Assembly: GCA_012729375.1 (NCBI GenBank)
Contig: JAAYDE010000073.1
Location: forward strand, 18,763 to 82,762
Direction of reading: 5' to 3'
Origin: Deltaproteobacteria bacterium
GTDB taxonomy: Bacteria; Desulfobacterota; Desulfuromonadia; Desulfuromonadales; JAAYDE01
DNA length: 64,000 bases
Shown here piece after piece: positions 34,176-43,731 of the stretch; positions within the stretch are counted from its first letter, which is position 1, and the number at the start of each line of letters is the position of its first letter. The notes beneath the pieces were generated by a model, which saw only the letters and a list, made by a program, of their open reading frames with translations, ran no database searches and had not been told where the DNA came from. A program made the position numbers and the translations under genes.

Positions 34176-34860
34176 CCCGCCAAAAAACAGCCCCTGCGCA
34201 GAGATTATGAACGGCATCCGCTGGGACTTGAGCGGCGCCGAAGTGGAAGCGGAAAGCTTCCGCAGAATCGAGGCGGAAACAGGGGAGATCGCCCTGCCCC
34301 TTCCCCAATGGCGGGTGGTGCGGCGCCTGATCCACGCCGCCGGGGATTGCTCTTTGCGGGACCAGGTGGTATTCGCCCACAACCCCGTGGAGGCGGGATT
34401 GCAGGCGCTGCGCGAGGGGGTCCCCCTCTATGCCGATTCCAACATGATCCGCAGCGGGATTTCCATCGTCAAGCTGCGCCGTTTCTGCAGCCGCTACAGC
34501 CGCCAAGACATCCATTGCCACGTCGCCGCCCCCGACGTCGCCCGCCACGCCCAAGAAACCGGCCGCACCAGGGCCCTGTGCGCCCTGGAAAAAAACCCCG
34601 GCGTTCTGAACGGCGGCATCGTCCTCATCGGCAACGCGCCCCTGGCCCTCGCCGGGCTGACCCGCATGATCCTCGCGGGGGAGGTACGCCCCCGCCTGGT
34701 CATCGCCATGCCGGTCGGATTCGTCAATGTCGTGGAGTCGAAACAGCTGATCATGGCCACGGAAATCCCCCACATTGTTGTGCGCGGACGGCGCGGCGGC
34801 AGCCCCCTGGCGGTGGCGGCCCTGCACGGCATCATGGAAAGCGGAGACGCAACGCCATGA
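34168..34860 (+). CDS. cbiC: Cobalt-precorrin-8 methylmutase
   Basis: VVRRLIHAAGD, IGNAPLAL, AMPVGFVN and RGGSPLAVAALH. Confidence 0.88.
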   Translation: MPSPPKNSPCAEIMNGIRWDLSGAEVEAESFRRIEAETGEIALPLPQWRVVRRLIHAAGDCSLRDQVVFAHNPVEAGLQALREGVPLYADSNMIRSGISIVKLRRFCSRYSRQDIHCHVAAPDVARHAQETGRTRALCALEKNPGVLNGGIVLIGNAPLALAGLTRMILAGEVRPRLVIAMPVGFVNVVESKQLIMATEIPHIVVRGRRGGSPLAVAALHGIMESGDATP

Positions 34861-35999
34861 CCGGCTTTATAAAAACAGCCGGCGCCGACGGGCTGCGCAG
34901 CGGCTTCAGCACGGGCGCCTATGCCGCGGCCACGGCGGTGGCGGCATGGCGGCGCCTGCAGGGACAACCCTTCATGACCCCGCTCCCGTTACGCTTCGCC
35001 GACGGACGGACCCGGGATATCGCCGTCGCCGGGGTTGCCCTGCACGCCGAGGACAGGGCCGAGTCCTGGGCGGTCAAGGACGGCGGCGACGACATCGACA
35101 TCACCGACCAGGCGTTGATCCGCGCCCAGGTGAGCCGCGCCGCCGGACTCCAACCCCGGCCCGAGGACTTCGTGGAAAACTGCGGCGCGGCAACACTGAT
35201 TCTCCGCGGCGGCATGGGGGTGGGTCTGGTAAAACGGGCCGGTCTCGACGTGCCCCCGGGAAAATGGGCGATCAACCCAACCCCCCGGGCCATGATCGGG
35301 GATAATTTGCGCCATGCCGGCGCGGGCGACCATAAAGAGCCCCTGCTGATCGAAATCTCCGTCGACAACGGCGCGGAACTGGCCATTCGCACTCTCAATC
35401 CTCTGCTCGGCATCGACGGCGGGCTGTCCATTCTCGGCACCAGCGGGCTGGTGATTCCCTGCTCCAACGTCGCCTACAGGGAAACGATCCGCGTGTTGAT
35501 ACGAGGCGCGGCGGCGGCCGGAACAAAGCGGCTGGCCCTGGTCACGGGAGGAAGAACCCATGGCTGGCTGCGCCGTATCGATCCCCATCTTGCCGAATAC
35601 GCCATCTTCCGCATCGGCGATTTTATCCGCGAAGCCCTCGAGATCTGCGCCGGCCAGGGTATCCCCAGGGTCACGATTGGCTGCATGGCGGGAAAGCTGG
35701 CCAAATACGCCCTCGGCCACGCCAACACCCATGCCCACCAGGTTGCCCTGGACATGGCGGCAGTCCTTCATCTGCTTGGCACGCGGGGTTTTTCTTATGA
35801 CCAATCCTTGGGAGGAAGGAACTTCAGTTCTTTCCGGGAATTTCTGGAATCCCTCGCCGAGCCGGAACAAAAACAGGCCGTTGCCATCCTCGCCCGGGAA
35901 GCGGGCGGCCTTTTCCGCCAATGGGCTCCCGATCTGGAGGTGGAAATCCTGGTCTTCAATCCCGGCGGAGAGCTGTTCTCGAAGGACACCGGATCATGA
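34857..35999 (+). CDS. cbiD: Cobalt-precorrin-5B C1-methyltransferase
   Basis: GLRSGFSTGAYAAATAVAA and GGLSILGTSGLVIPCS. ATGA overlap with cbiC. Confidence 0.88.
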   Translation: MTGFIKTAGADGLRSGFSTGAYAAATAVAAWRRLQGQPFMTPLPLRFADGRTRDIAVAGVALHAEDRAESWAVKDGGDDIDITDQALIRAQVSRAAGLQPRPEDFVENCGAATLILRGGMGVGLVKRAGLDVPPGKWAINPTPRAMIGDNLRHAGAGDHKEPLLIEISVDNGAELAIRTLNPLLGIDGGLSILGTSGLVIPCSNVAYRETIRVLIRGAAAAGTKRLALVTGGRTHGWLRRIDPHLAEYAIFRIGDFIREALEICAGQGIPRVTIGCMAGKLAKYALGHANTHAHQVALDMAAVLHLLGTRGFSYDQSLGGRNFSSFREFLESLAEPEQKQAVAILAREAGGLFRQWAPDLEVEILVFNPGGELFSKDTGS

Positions 36000-37216
36000 A
36001 GGGACGCCTGACCATCATCGGCTGCGGCACCAGCCGCATCGATCTGCCCCCCCGGCACCGGCAGGCTTTGGCCGAGGCCGAGGTGCTGGCCGGCGGCCGC
36101 CGCCTGCTCGACTGGTTTCCGCGCTTCGCGGGAGAAATTGTGGAAATCGGCACGCCGCTGGCGGAAACGGCCGCCAGGCTGTACGCCCTGGCGGCTACCC
36201 GTAAGGTCGCCCTGCTGGCCTCCGGAGATCCTCTCTTTTTCGGCATCGGCGCCCATTTTACCGACCCTCCCGAGGGTCTGGAAGTGATCTTTCTGGCCAA
36301 CATCACCGCCGCCCAGCAGGCCCTGGCGAGGTTCGCCCTGCCCTGGTCCGAGGCCCGTTTCTTCTCGGTTCACGGACGCCGTGCTCCGCTCCCCTGGCGG
36401 CGGATCCTCGGCGCCGAAACCGCCGTCGTTTACACCGACCCGCAGCGTCATCCCGGCGTCATCGCCGCCGAACTGGCGGCCGTTTATCCCCCGGCGGGGG
36501 AAAGAGCGGCGGCGGTGGCCGAAAACCTCGGCGGCGCCGAACATCTGGTCAAGGGGAAACTCGGTGACATCGCCGGCCGGGAGTTTTCCGGCCTGGCGGT
36601 GCTGGTTCTGTTGCCGACCCCGGCTCAGGGCCGACTGATCACGCCCTGCCTGTCCCTGGGGGAGGAAGACGAGAGCTTCCTCCGTCGGGATAACCTCATC
36701 ACCCATGCCGAGGTGCGGGCGGTGGTCCTTGCCAAATTGCGTCTGGGAGGAGGGGTGCTGTGGGACCTGGGGGCCGGCAGTGGCTCGGTGGCCGTCGAGG
36801 CCTGCGGCCTCTGTTCCGCATTGACGGCCTACGCGGTGGAAAAGGAGCCGCAACGGGTGGCGATGGTCGCCGAAAACGTGCGCCGCGCCGGTCTGGCCTC
36901 CTGCCATGCCGTCCAGGGCGACATCCTGCAGACCCTGGAGCGACTCCCGGCGCCGCGAGCCGTCTTTGTCGGTGGCGGCGGCAAAGAGGTGGGCGCAATC
37001 GTGAGCCAGGCTTTTTCCGCCCTGCGACCCGGCGGCCGCCTGGTCGCCTCGGCCGTCCTGCTGACCAGTAAAGAACGCCTCCAGAACGTCTTGGCAGGGT
37101 TCCGCGTCGAGATCGTCGAAATCGACATCCGCCGGGCCGTGCCGATCGGTGACGGGCGGATGATGAAGCCCGACAACCCGGTCACGCTGTATGTTTTCGA
37201 AAAACCGGGGGCTTAA
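35996..37216 (+). CDS. cbiET: Fused CbiE/CbiT (cobalt-precorrin-7 C5-methyltransferase / cobalt-precorrin-6B C15-methyltransferase, decarboxylating)
   Basis: N-terminal half LTIIGCGTS...LLASGDPLFFGIG. C-terminal half ITHAEVRAVVLAKLRL...WDLGAGSGSVAVEA. ATGA overlap with cbiD. Confidence 0.85.
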   Translation: MKGRLTIIGCGTSRIDLPPRHRQALAEAEVLAGGRRLLDWFPRFAGEIVEIGTPLAETAARLYALAATRKVALLASGDPLFFGIGAHFTDPPEGLEVIFLANITAAQQALARFALPWSEARFFSVHGRRAPLPWRRILGAETAVVYTDPQRHPGVIAAELAAVYPPAGERAAAVAENLGGAEHLVKGKLGDIAGREFSGLAVLVLLPTPAQGRLITPCLSLGEEDESFLRRDNLITHAEVRAVVLAKLRLGGGVLWDLGAGSGSVAVEACGLCSALTAYAVEKEPQRVAMVAENVRRAGLASCHAVQGDILQTLERLPAPRAVFVGGGGKEVGAIVSQAFSALRPGGRLVASAVLLTSKERLQNVLAGFRVEIVEIDIRRAVPIGDGRMMKPDNPVTLYVFEKPGA

Positions 37217-37303
37217 TGGGCTTTACCAGGATTTGCTTCTTCATCCCCTTCATCCCTGTTGCCGCAGGTGTTGATTTTAGTTTTTTTGAGTCAGGGTAAG
37301 CTG

Positions 37304-39979
37304 ATGACCAACAAAGTCCTGAAACCGGGTTGGGTTACCTTTGCCGGAGCCGGCCCCGGCGCTCCGGATCTGCTGACCGTCCGCTGCCGCGACGCCATCG
37401 CCGAAGCCGATGTCATCGTCTATGCCGGTTCCCTGGTCGCCCCCGAGGTACTCGCCGGCGCCGCTTTCGGTTGCCGCCTTTACGACAGCGCCGCCATGGC
37501 TCTGCCGGCCATTACCGAAACGCTGATCAATGCCGCCCGGCAAGGCCTCAAGGTGCTGCGTCTGCATACCGGCGACCCATCCCTCTACGGGGCGACGGCG
37601 GAGCAGATGGCAGCCCTCGACCTGGCCGCCATCCCCCATGAAATGATCCCGGGGGTGAGCGCGGTGTTCGCGGCCGCCGCCGCTTTGCGAGCCGAGCTGA
37701 CTCTTCCCGAGATCTCCCAGACCCTGATCCTGAGCCGGCGCGGCGGCCGCACCCCGGTGCCGGAAAAGGAGCGGCTGGAGAAGCTGGCAACGCACGGCGC
37801 CACCCTGGCCCTCTACCTGAGCGTCGCCGACCTGGCGGCCGTGGTGGACGACCTGCGGCGCGGCGGCTATCCCCCGGAAACCCCCGCCGCCGTGGTCTAC
37901 CGCGCTTCCTGGCCGGATGAAAAGATAGTTGAAGGGACTCTGGTGACCCTCGCCGACCAGGTCCGCCAGGCTGGCATCGACCGCCAAGCGGTCATCCTTG
38001 TCGGCGCGGCCCTGGCCCGCCGCGGCGTTCCTTCCTCCCGGCTCTACGATCCGGCTTTTGGACACGGCTATCGCGGCGCGCAGGATAATCAGGCGTTGCC
38101 ACTTTCCCCCCTGCCCGCCGCGGTTTCCACGACATTCTGCGGACGGGTGGCGGTCTACGCCCTGACCGAAACCGGCTGCCGCCTCGGCCTGAAGATCGGC
38201 GCCGCCTTTTCCTGGGATGTTTTCCCGTCCCGCTCCCACGTCCCGCGGCCGCAATCCGCAGGCGACCGGGTGTTTCCCTTCCCGCCGGGGGATCTCAGCG
38301 TCCTGATCGAGGGAAACTGGCACCGCTACGACGGCCACCTGTTCATCATGGCCGCCGGCATCGTGGTGCGCTTTATCGCCCCTCTGCTGGAAGACAAGAC
38401 CCGTGATCCGGCGGTGGTCGTCTGCGACGAAAAGGGCCGGCACGCCGTCAGCCTCATCGGCGGCCACCTGTCCGGCGCCAACCGCCTCGCCGCCGTCGTG
38501 GCCGGACAGCTAGGCGGACAGGCGGTCCTGTCCACGGCCACCGACGTCCAGGGTCTGCCGGCCTTTGACGACTTCGCCGCGATCCGGGGAATGGAGATTT
38601 CCCATCCGGAGCGGATCAAGGCCCTCAACTCCCTGCTCCTCAACCGGCGTCCCATCGCCTGGGTCGACTCTGCCAACGAAATTCCCCAAGACTACCGCGC
38701 CTGCGCCAACATCGTTGCCGTCCCCAGCCTCGCCGCCGTCCCGGACACCGCGGAGGGCGTCGTCTTTTTGGGATCCGCGCCGGGCAGGGCCGGCTTGGGC
38801 CGCCCCCTGCTTCACCTCCGCCCCCTTCCCCTGGCCGTCGGCGTCGGTTGCCGCCGGGACACCCCCGCCGAGAAAATCCTCGCGGCCATCGACCGGACCC
38901 TGGCAAATTGCCATCTGGAAAAGGAGCGCGTGGCCTGCCTCGCCTCCATCGACCTGAAAGCCGACGAAAACGGCCTGCTGCAAGCCGCCGCCGCCCGCGA
39001 CTGGCCCCTGCGCTTTTTCAGCGCCGCCGAGTTGATGGGATTGCCGGTAGCCGCGCCCTCCCCCTTCGTGGAAAAAACCACCGGCAGCCCATCCGTCGCC
39101 GAGGCCGCCGCCCTGGCCGCCGGCCGGGGACGCCTGCTGACAACCAAACAGATTGAGGGCCCGGTAACCGTGGCGGTGGGCACCGTAGCCCGTTTGCCTG
39201 ACGCCGCTGGACAGACAGGCCGTCTGCGCGTCGTCGGCATTGGCTCCGGCACCCGCGACGGCATGACCCGCCAGGCGGTGACGGCGATCCGCGACGCCGA
39301 AATCATCGTCGGCTACCGGCCCTACTGCGCAATGATCGCCGCCCTGACCGGCGGGAAAAAGGTCGTCGCTTCGGGGATGAGGGAGGAGATTTCGCGCTGC
39401 GACAAGGCCCTCGACCTGGCCATGGCGGGACATTCCGTTGCTTTGGTGTGCTCCGGCGACGCCGGTATCTACGGCATGGCCGGTCTGGTCTTCGAACGGA
39501 TCGAAGCGCGCCGCCTGAACTTTTCGGAAGTCCGCGTTATTCCCGGCGTCACCGCCGCCGGCCTGGCGGCGGCGGCCGTGGGTGCGCCGCTGATGAACGA
39601 TTTCGCCGTTCTCAGCCTCTCCGACCTGCTCACCGCAAAGGAAAAAATCCTGCGCCGCCTGAAGCATGTCGCCCGTTCGGGCATGGCCTGCGCCCTCTAC
39701 AATCCCCGCAGCCGCAAGCGCCATGATCTGATCGTCAGCGCGTGCGACCTGTTCCGGCAGGAGCGGGGAGAGGATACTCCCGCTGCCGTCGTCACCGACG
39801 CCGGCAGGCGGGGGGAGACCGTCTGGACCGGGAGGCTGGCCGAACTTCCCGTAGAGGAAATCGGCATGTCGAGCGTCGTTCTCATCGGCGGGGCGGAGGC
39901 GCGTCTGGTCGGAAAATGGCTGGTGGAACCCCGCGGCTACGGCGTCAAAACGGATTTTTTCCCCGACGGGGAGGAGTGA
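37304..39979 (+). CDS. Triple fusion CbiF-CbiG-CbiH (C11-methyltransferase / cobalt-precorrin-5A hydrolase / C17-methyltransferase)
   Basis: 891 aa. N-terminal third VTFAGAGPGAPDLLTV...HTGDPSLYG (CbiF). Middle FIMAAGIVVRFIAPLL...VAVGVGCRR...SIDLKADE (CbiG). C-terminal third VVGIGSGTRDGMT...CSGDAGIYGMAG (CbiH). Confidence 0.85.
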   Translation: MTNKVLKPGWVTFAGAGPGAPDLLTVRCRDAIAEADVIVYAGSLVAPEVLAGAAFGCRLYDSAAMALPAITETLINAARQGLKVLRLHTGDPSLYGATAEQMAALDLAAIPHEMIPGVSAVFAAAAALRAELTLPEISQTLILSRRGGRTPVPEKERLEKLATHGATLALYLSVADLAAVVDDLRRGGYPPETPAAVVYRASWPDEKIVEGTLVTLADQVRQAGIDRQAVILVGAALARRGVPSSRLYDPAFGHGYRGAQDNQALPLSPLPAAVSTTFCGRVAVYALTETGCRLGLKIGAAFSWDVFPSRSHVPRPQSAGDRVFPFPPGDLSVLIEGNWHRYDGHLFIMAAGIVVRFIAPLLEDKTRDPAVVVCDEKGRHAVSLIGGHLSGANRLAAVVAGQLGGQAVLSTATDVQGLPAFDDFAAIRGMEISHPERIKALNSLLLNRRPIAWVDSANEIPQDYRACANIVAVPSLAAVPDTAEGVVFLGSAPGRAGLGRPLLHLRPLPLAVGVGCRRDTPAEKILAAIDRTLANCHLEKERVACLASIDLKADENGLLQAAAARDWPLRFFSAAELMGLPVAAPSPFVEKTTGSPSVAEAAALAAGRGRLLTTKQIEGPVTVAVGTVARLPDAAGQTGRLRVVGIGSGTRDGMTRQAVTAIRDAEIIVGYRPYCAMIAALTGGKKVVASGMREEISRCDKALDLAMAGHSVALVCSGDAGIYGMAGLVFERIEARRLNFSEVRVIPGVTAAGLAAAAVGAPLMNDFAVLSLSDLLTAKEKILRRLKHVARSGMACALYNPRSRKRHDLIVSACDLFRQERGEDTPAAVVTDAGRRGETVWTGRLAELPVEEIGMSSVVLIGGAEARLVGKWLVEPRGYGVKTDFFPDGEE

Positions 39980-39980
39980 C

Positions 39981-41354
39981 ATGGCGGGCGCCTTTTTCAG
40001 CCTGTGCGTCGCCGGCACCCACTCAGGAGTCGGCAAGACCACGGTGGCCCTCGGCCTGATGGCCGCCCTCCGGGAGCGGGGCCTGGTCGTGCAGCCCTTC
40101 AAGTGCGGTCCCGACTACATCGACGCCGGCCACCATGGCGGCATCTGCGGCCGGGCGTCGCGGAATCTCGATTCGTGGATGATGGGCGAAAATGGGGTGC
40201 GGGAAAGCTACGCCCGCGCCGTCCAAGACGCCGATGGAGCGCTGGTCGAGGGGGTGATGGGCCTTTTTGACGGCGCCTCCCCCACCTCCTCCGCGGGGAG
40301 CACCGCCCACATCGCCGAACTGCTCGAGCTGCCGGTACTGCTGGTCATCGACGCACGGGGCATGGCCCGCTCCATTGCCGCCATGGCCCAAGGCTACGCT
40401 GCTTTCATGCCCGCCCTGAAGTTTGCCGGGGTAATCGCCAACAACGTCGGCAGCTCACGCCATGCCCGCATCCTCGCTGACGCATTGACGGCCGCGGGGG
40501 GACCGCCTTTGCTCGGCGCCCTGCCCCGCGACAAGCATTGGGAACTTCCCGAACGCCATCTCGGCCTCATCGCCGCCCCGGAAAGAAACGTCAGAAAGGA
40601 ATGGTTCCGCGATCTGGGCCACGGCCTTGCCGACCACCTGGATATCGACGGGCTGCTCCAGGCGTCCCGATCCCTACGCCCCGCCGCCCGGCCCCTTCAG
40701 GCAAAGGATCGGGGCAGGGTAAGACTGGGCATCGCCCGGGACGCGGCCTTCCATTTCTACTACGAGGACAACCTCGACCTGCTCCGCGGCCTGGGCGCAG
40801 AGCTGGTGGAATTCTCCCCCTTGGCCGATGCCGCCCTGCCCGAAAAGCTGGACGGCCTCTACCTCGGCGGCGGCTTCCCGGAAATGTTCGCCCGCCAACT
40901 GCAAGACAATACCGCCATGCGCCACGCCATCGCCGCTTTCGCCCGGCAGGGGGGAAACATTTTCGCCGAATGCGGCGGTTTCATGTACCTGTGCCGCTCC
41001 CTGACCGACGCCGTCGGCAAGGAGTGGCGGATGTGCGGTCTTTTCGAGACCGCGACCCGCATGCACAGCCGCCGCGTGCGCCTCGGCTACGTCCGTGCCG
41101 CCACGGTGGCCGACGGACCCTTCGGGCCGGCGAACACCATGCTGCGCGGCCATGAGTTCCACTGGTCCTCCCTGGTGGAAGATAAAAGAAAGTGGAATCC
41201 GGTCTTCGAAGTCCGCGACGCCGAGGGCGGCAACCCCAGGGCGGCGGGTATCCGCCAGGGAAACATCTGGGCATCCTACATTCATCTCCACTTCGCTTCC
41301 AATCCCCAGGCCTGCCGATCCTGGCTTAGTCATCTGGGGGAGACGCAAGGATGA
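39981..41354 (+). CDS. cbiA: Cobyrinate a,c-diamide synthase
   Basis: AGTHSGVGKTTVALGLM, FKCGPDYID, and a glutamine amidotransferase C-terminal half (ECGGFMYL). Confidence 0.9.
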   Translation: MAGAFFSLCVAGTHSGVGKTTVALGLMAALRERGLVVQPFKCGPDYIDAGHHGGICGRASRNLDSWMMGENGVRESYARAVQDADGALVEGVMGLFDGASPTSSAGSTAHIAELLELPVLLVIDARGMARSIAAMAQGYAAFMPALKFAGVIANNVGSSRHARILADALTAAGGPPLLGALPRDKHWELPERHLGLIAAPERNVRKEWFRDLGHGLADHLDIDGLLQASRSLRPAARPLQAKDRGRVRLGIARDAAFHFYYEDNLDLLRGLGAELVEFSPLADAALPEKLDGLYLGGGFPEMFARQLQDNTAMRHAIAAFARQGGNIFAECGGFMYLCRSLTDAVGKEWRMCGLFETATRMHSRRVRLGYVRAATVADGPFGPANTMLRGHEFHWSSLVEDKRKWNPVFEVRDAEGGNPRAAGIRQGNIWASYIHLHFASNPQACRSWLSHLGETQG

Positions 41355-42142
41355 ACAGGGAACCAAAAAAAATTTTCGCGGGGCTGAAAAACCGGTTCCC
41401 CTTCCGCTTGGGAACAACCTCTTTCATCCTGCCTGCCGGATACGCCGAAAACGTGACCTTTCTCGGCCCGCTGGTGGACGATGTGGAACTGCTTTTTTTC
41501 GAGGCAACGCCGCCGCCTCCGGAAGAAGTGCGGCGACTGGCGATGCTGAAGGGGGAACATGATCTCTCCTACACCTTCCATCTGCCCCTCGATATCCATC
41601 CCGGCAGCGCCGACGAGGCCCTGCGCCGGGCCTCCATGGAACCGTGCCGCCGCCTGGTCGCCGCCACCGGCGAACTGGCGCCGCTGGCCTGGATCCTCCA
41701 TGTCCCCGCCGCGGGCGGTGAGCCACGCCCGGAATGGCAGCGGGACGCCCTGGAGCGCAGTATCGGGGAGTTGGCGAAGGAAGGGGTGGACAGGAAACAA
41801 CTCTGCCTGGAAACCCTCGATTATCCCTTTGCCGAAGTCATCTCCATGGCCGAAGAGCATGGGCTGGCCCTGTGCATCGACGTCGGCCACCTGCTGCGTT
41901 ACGGCTTTGCCGTCGCCGACTGCCTGGCGGCGGGCCGGAAACACTGCCGCGTAATCCATCTTCACGGCTTTTGCGGAGACCGGGATCACCAGGATATCTC
42001 GCTGTTTGCGCCGGCCCTCCTCGGCGCCGTCCGCGACGCTCTGGCCGGCGCAAACAAGGAGGACGCGGTTTTGACCCTCGAGGTGTTCAGCCTGAAAGCC
42101 CTCACCCGTTCCCTGGAAATCATGAGAGACTGTCTGCCATGA
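41351..42142 (+). CDS. Xylose-isomerase-like TIM-barrel protein, CbiR-like (possible cobamide remodelling phosphodiesterase)
   Basis: 263 aa. Translationally coupled on both sides inside the cob operon. Size and fold class match the AP-endonuclease-2 superfamily. Function inferred from context only. Confidence 0.5.
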   Translation: MNREPKKIFAGLKNRFPFRLGTTSFILPAGYAENVTFLGPLVDDVELLFFEATPPPPEEVRRLAMLKGEHDLSYTFHLPLDIHPGSADEALRRASMEPCRRLVAATGELAPLAWILHVPAAGGEPRPEWQRDALERSIGELAKEGVDRKQLCLETLDYPFAEVISMAEEHGLALCIDVGHLLRYGFAVADCLAAGRKHCRVIHLHGFCGDRDHQDISLFAPALLGAVRDALAGANKEDAVLTLEVFSLKALTRSLEIMRDCLP

Positions 42143-42657
42143 AAACCCTGACCTACATCAGCGGCGGCTCCCGCAGCGGCAAAAGCCGCCACGCCCTGGA
42201 ACTGGCCCGCGTCTTTGCAGGGCGCAAGGCCTTTATCGCCACCGCCCAGGCCACGGACGAGGAGATGACCGAGCGGATCCGGTGCCACCGGCGGGAACGC
42301 TCCGGCGACTTTCTCACCGTCGAGGAGCCGCTGGATCTGGCCGCCGCTCTAGGCCGCCTGCCCGCCGAGGTGGCGGTGGCGGTCATCGACTGCCTGACCC
42401 TGTGGCTGGCCAATCTGCTGTACCGCCACGGAGACGGCACAGATACCTATCCGGAGGTGGAGGATTTCCTGCGGGCGCTGGAAAATCCCCCCTGCAACCT
42501 GATCGTCGTCAGCAACGAGGTGGGCATGGGCATCGTCCCCGCCCATCCCCTGTCACGCCGTTTCCGGGATGCGGCCGGACGGCTCAACCAGCGGGTCGCA
42601 GCTCGGGCCGATCGCGCCTTGGTCATGATCAGCGGCATTCCACTGATTCTCAAATAG
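42139..42657 (+). CDS. cobU: Adenosylcobinamide kinase / adenosylcobinamide-phosphate guanylyltransferase
   Basis: ISGGSRSGKSRHA P-loop and VVSNEVGMGIVP. ATGA overlap upstream. Confidence 0.9.
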   Translation: MKTLTYISGGSRSGKSRHALELARVFAGRKAFIATAQATDEEMTERIRCHRRERSGDFLTVEEPLDLAAALGRLPAEVAVAVIDCLTLWLANLLYRHGDGTDTYPEVEDFLRALENPPCNLIVVSNEVGMGIVPAHPLSRRFRDAAGRLNQRVAARADRALVMISGIPLILK

Positions 42658-42681
42658 GCTCATTGAGGGAATAAATACGAT

Positions 42682-43731
42682 ATGCTTGAAACCATCGTCG
42701 AAAAAATACCCCTGGTGGACAAATCCCTACTGAAAGAGATTCTCGCCCGTCTCGACAATCTCACCAAGCCGCCCGGCAGCCTCGGAGTTCTGGAAGAGAT
42801 CGCCGCCGGCTACTGCCTGGCCACCGGCACCTCCCGGCCGTTGCTGGGACGCAAGGCCATCTTCACAATGGCGGCCGATCACGGCGTGGCGTGCCAGGGG
42901 GTTTCGGCCTTCCCCAGGGAAGTGACCCGGCAGATGGTCAGGAACATGCTTCAGGGGGGCGCCGCCGTCAATGTTCTCGCCCGCCACGCCGGCGCCGAGA
43001 CGCGCATCGTCGACATCGGCGTCGACGATCCCCTCATTGGAGCGCAAGGACTGATCCGCCGTAAAATCCGCAACGGCAGCGGCGACATCAGCCAGGGCCC
43101 GGCCATGACCCTGGAGGAAACCCGCCGCGCCATCCAGGTGGGGATCGACCTGGCCCTGGAAGCCGCCGATGAAGGATTCACCCTGATCGGCACCGGCGAG
43201 GTCGGCATCGGCAACACCACCCCTGCCGCCGCCCTGATCGCCGCCCTGTTGCCCTGCCCCCCGGAAGAGGTTACCGGCCGCGGCACCGGCCTCGACGATG
43301 CCGGCCTGAAGCGCAAGACGGACCTGGTCCGCCGCGCCCTGGAGGTGAACCGCGCCGCCCTCGCCACCCCCCTGGAAACCCTGGCGGCGGTGGGCGGCAT
43401 GGAATTCGCCGGTCTTTGCGGCCTCATCCTCGGCGCCGCTTCGCGGCGCATGCCGACGGTGGTCGACGGCTTCATCTCCGCCGCCGCCGCCCTGTGCGCC
43501 TGCCGAATCTGTCCGCGGGTCCGGGATTATCTTTTTTTCAGCCATTTTTCGGCCGAAAAAGGCTACGCCCGCTTTGCCGCCCTGATGGGAATCCGGCCGA
43601 TTCTCGACCTCGGCATGCGTCTCGGCGAAGGCACCGGCGCGGCCCTGGGCATGCAGATCATCGAGGCGGCAGTGAAGATTTACAACGAGATGGCGACCTT
43701 TGCCGCGGCCGGTGTCGCCGCCAAGGATTGA
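42682..43731 (+). CDS. cobT: Nicotinate-nucleotide--dimethylbenzimidazole phosphoribosyltransferase
   Basis: LDNLTKPPGSLGVLEE, GEVGIGNTTPAAAL and LGMRLGEGTGAAL. Confidence 0.9.
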   Translation: MLETIVEKIPLVDKSLLKEILARLDNLTKPPGSLGVLEEIAAGYCLATGTSRPLLGRKAIFTMAADHGVACQGVSAFPREVTRQMVRNMLQGGAAVNVLARHAGAETRIVDIGVDDPLIGAQGLIRRKIRNGSGDISQGPAMTLEETRRAIQVGIDLALEAADEGFTLIGTGEVGIGNTTPAAALIAALLPCPPEEVTGRGTGLDDAGLKRKTDLVRRALEVNRAALATPLETLAAVGGMEFAGLCGLILGAASRRMPTVVDGFISAAAALCACRICPRVRDYLFFSHFSAEKGYARFAALMGIRPILDLGMRLGEGTGAALGMQIIEAAVKIYNEMATFAAAGVAAKD

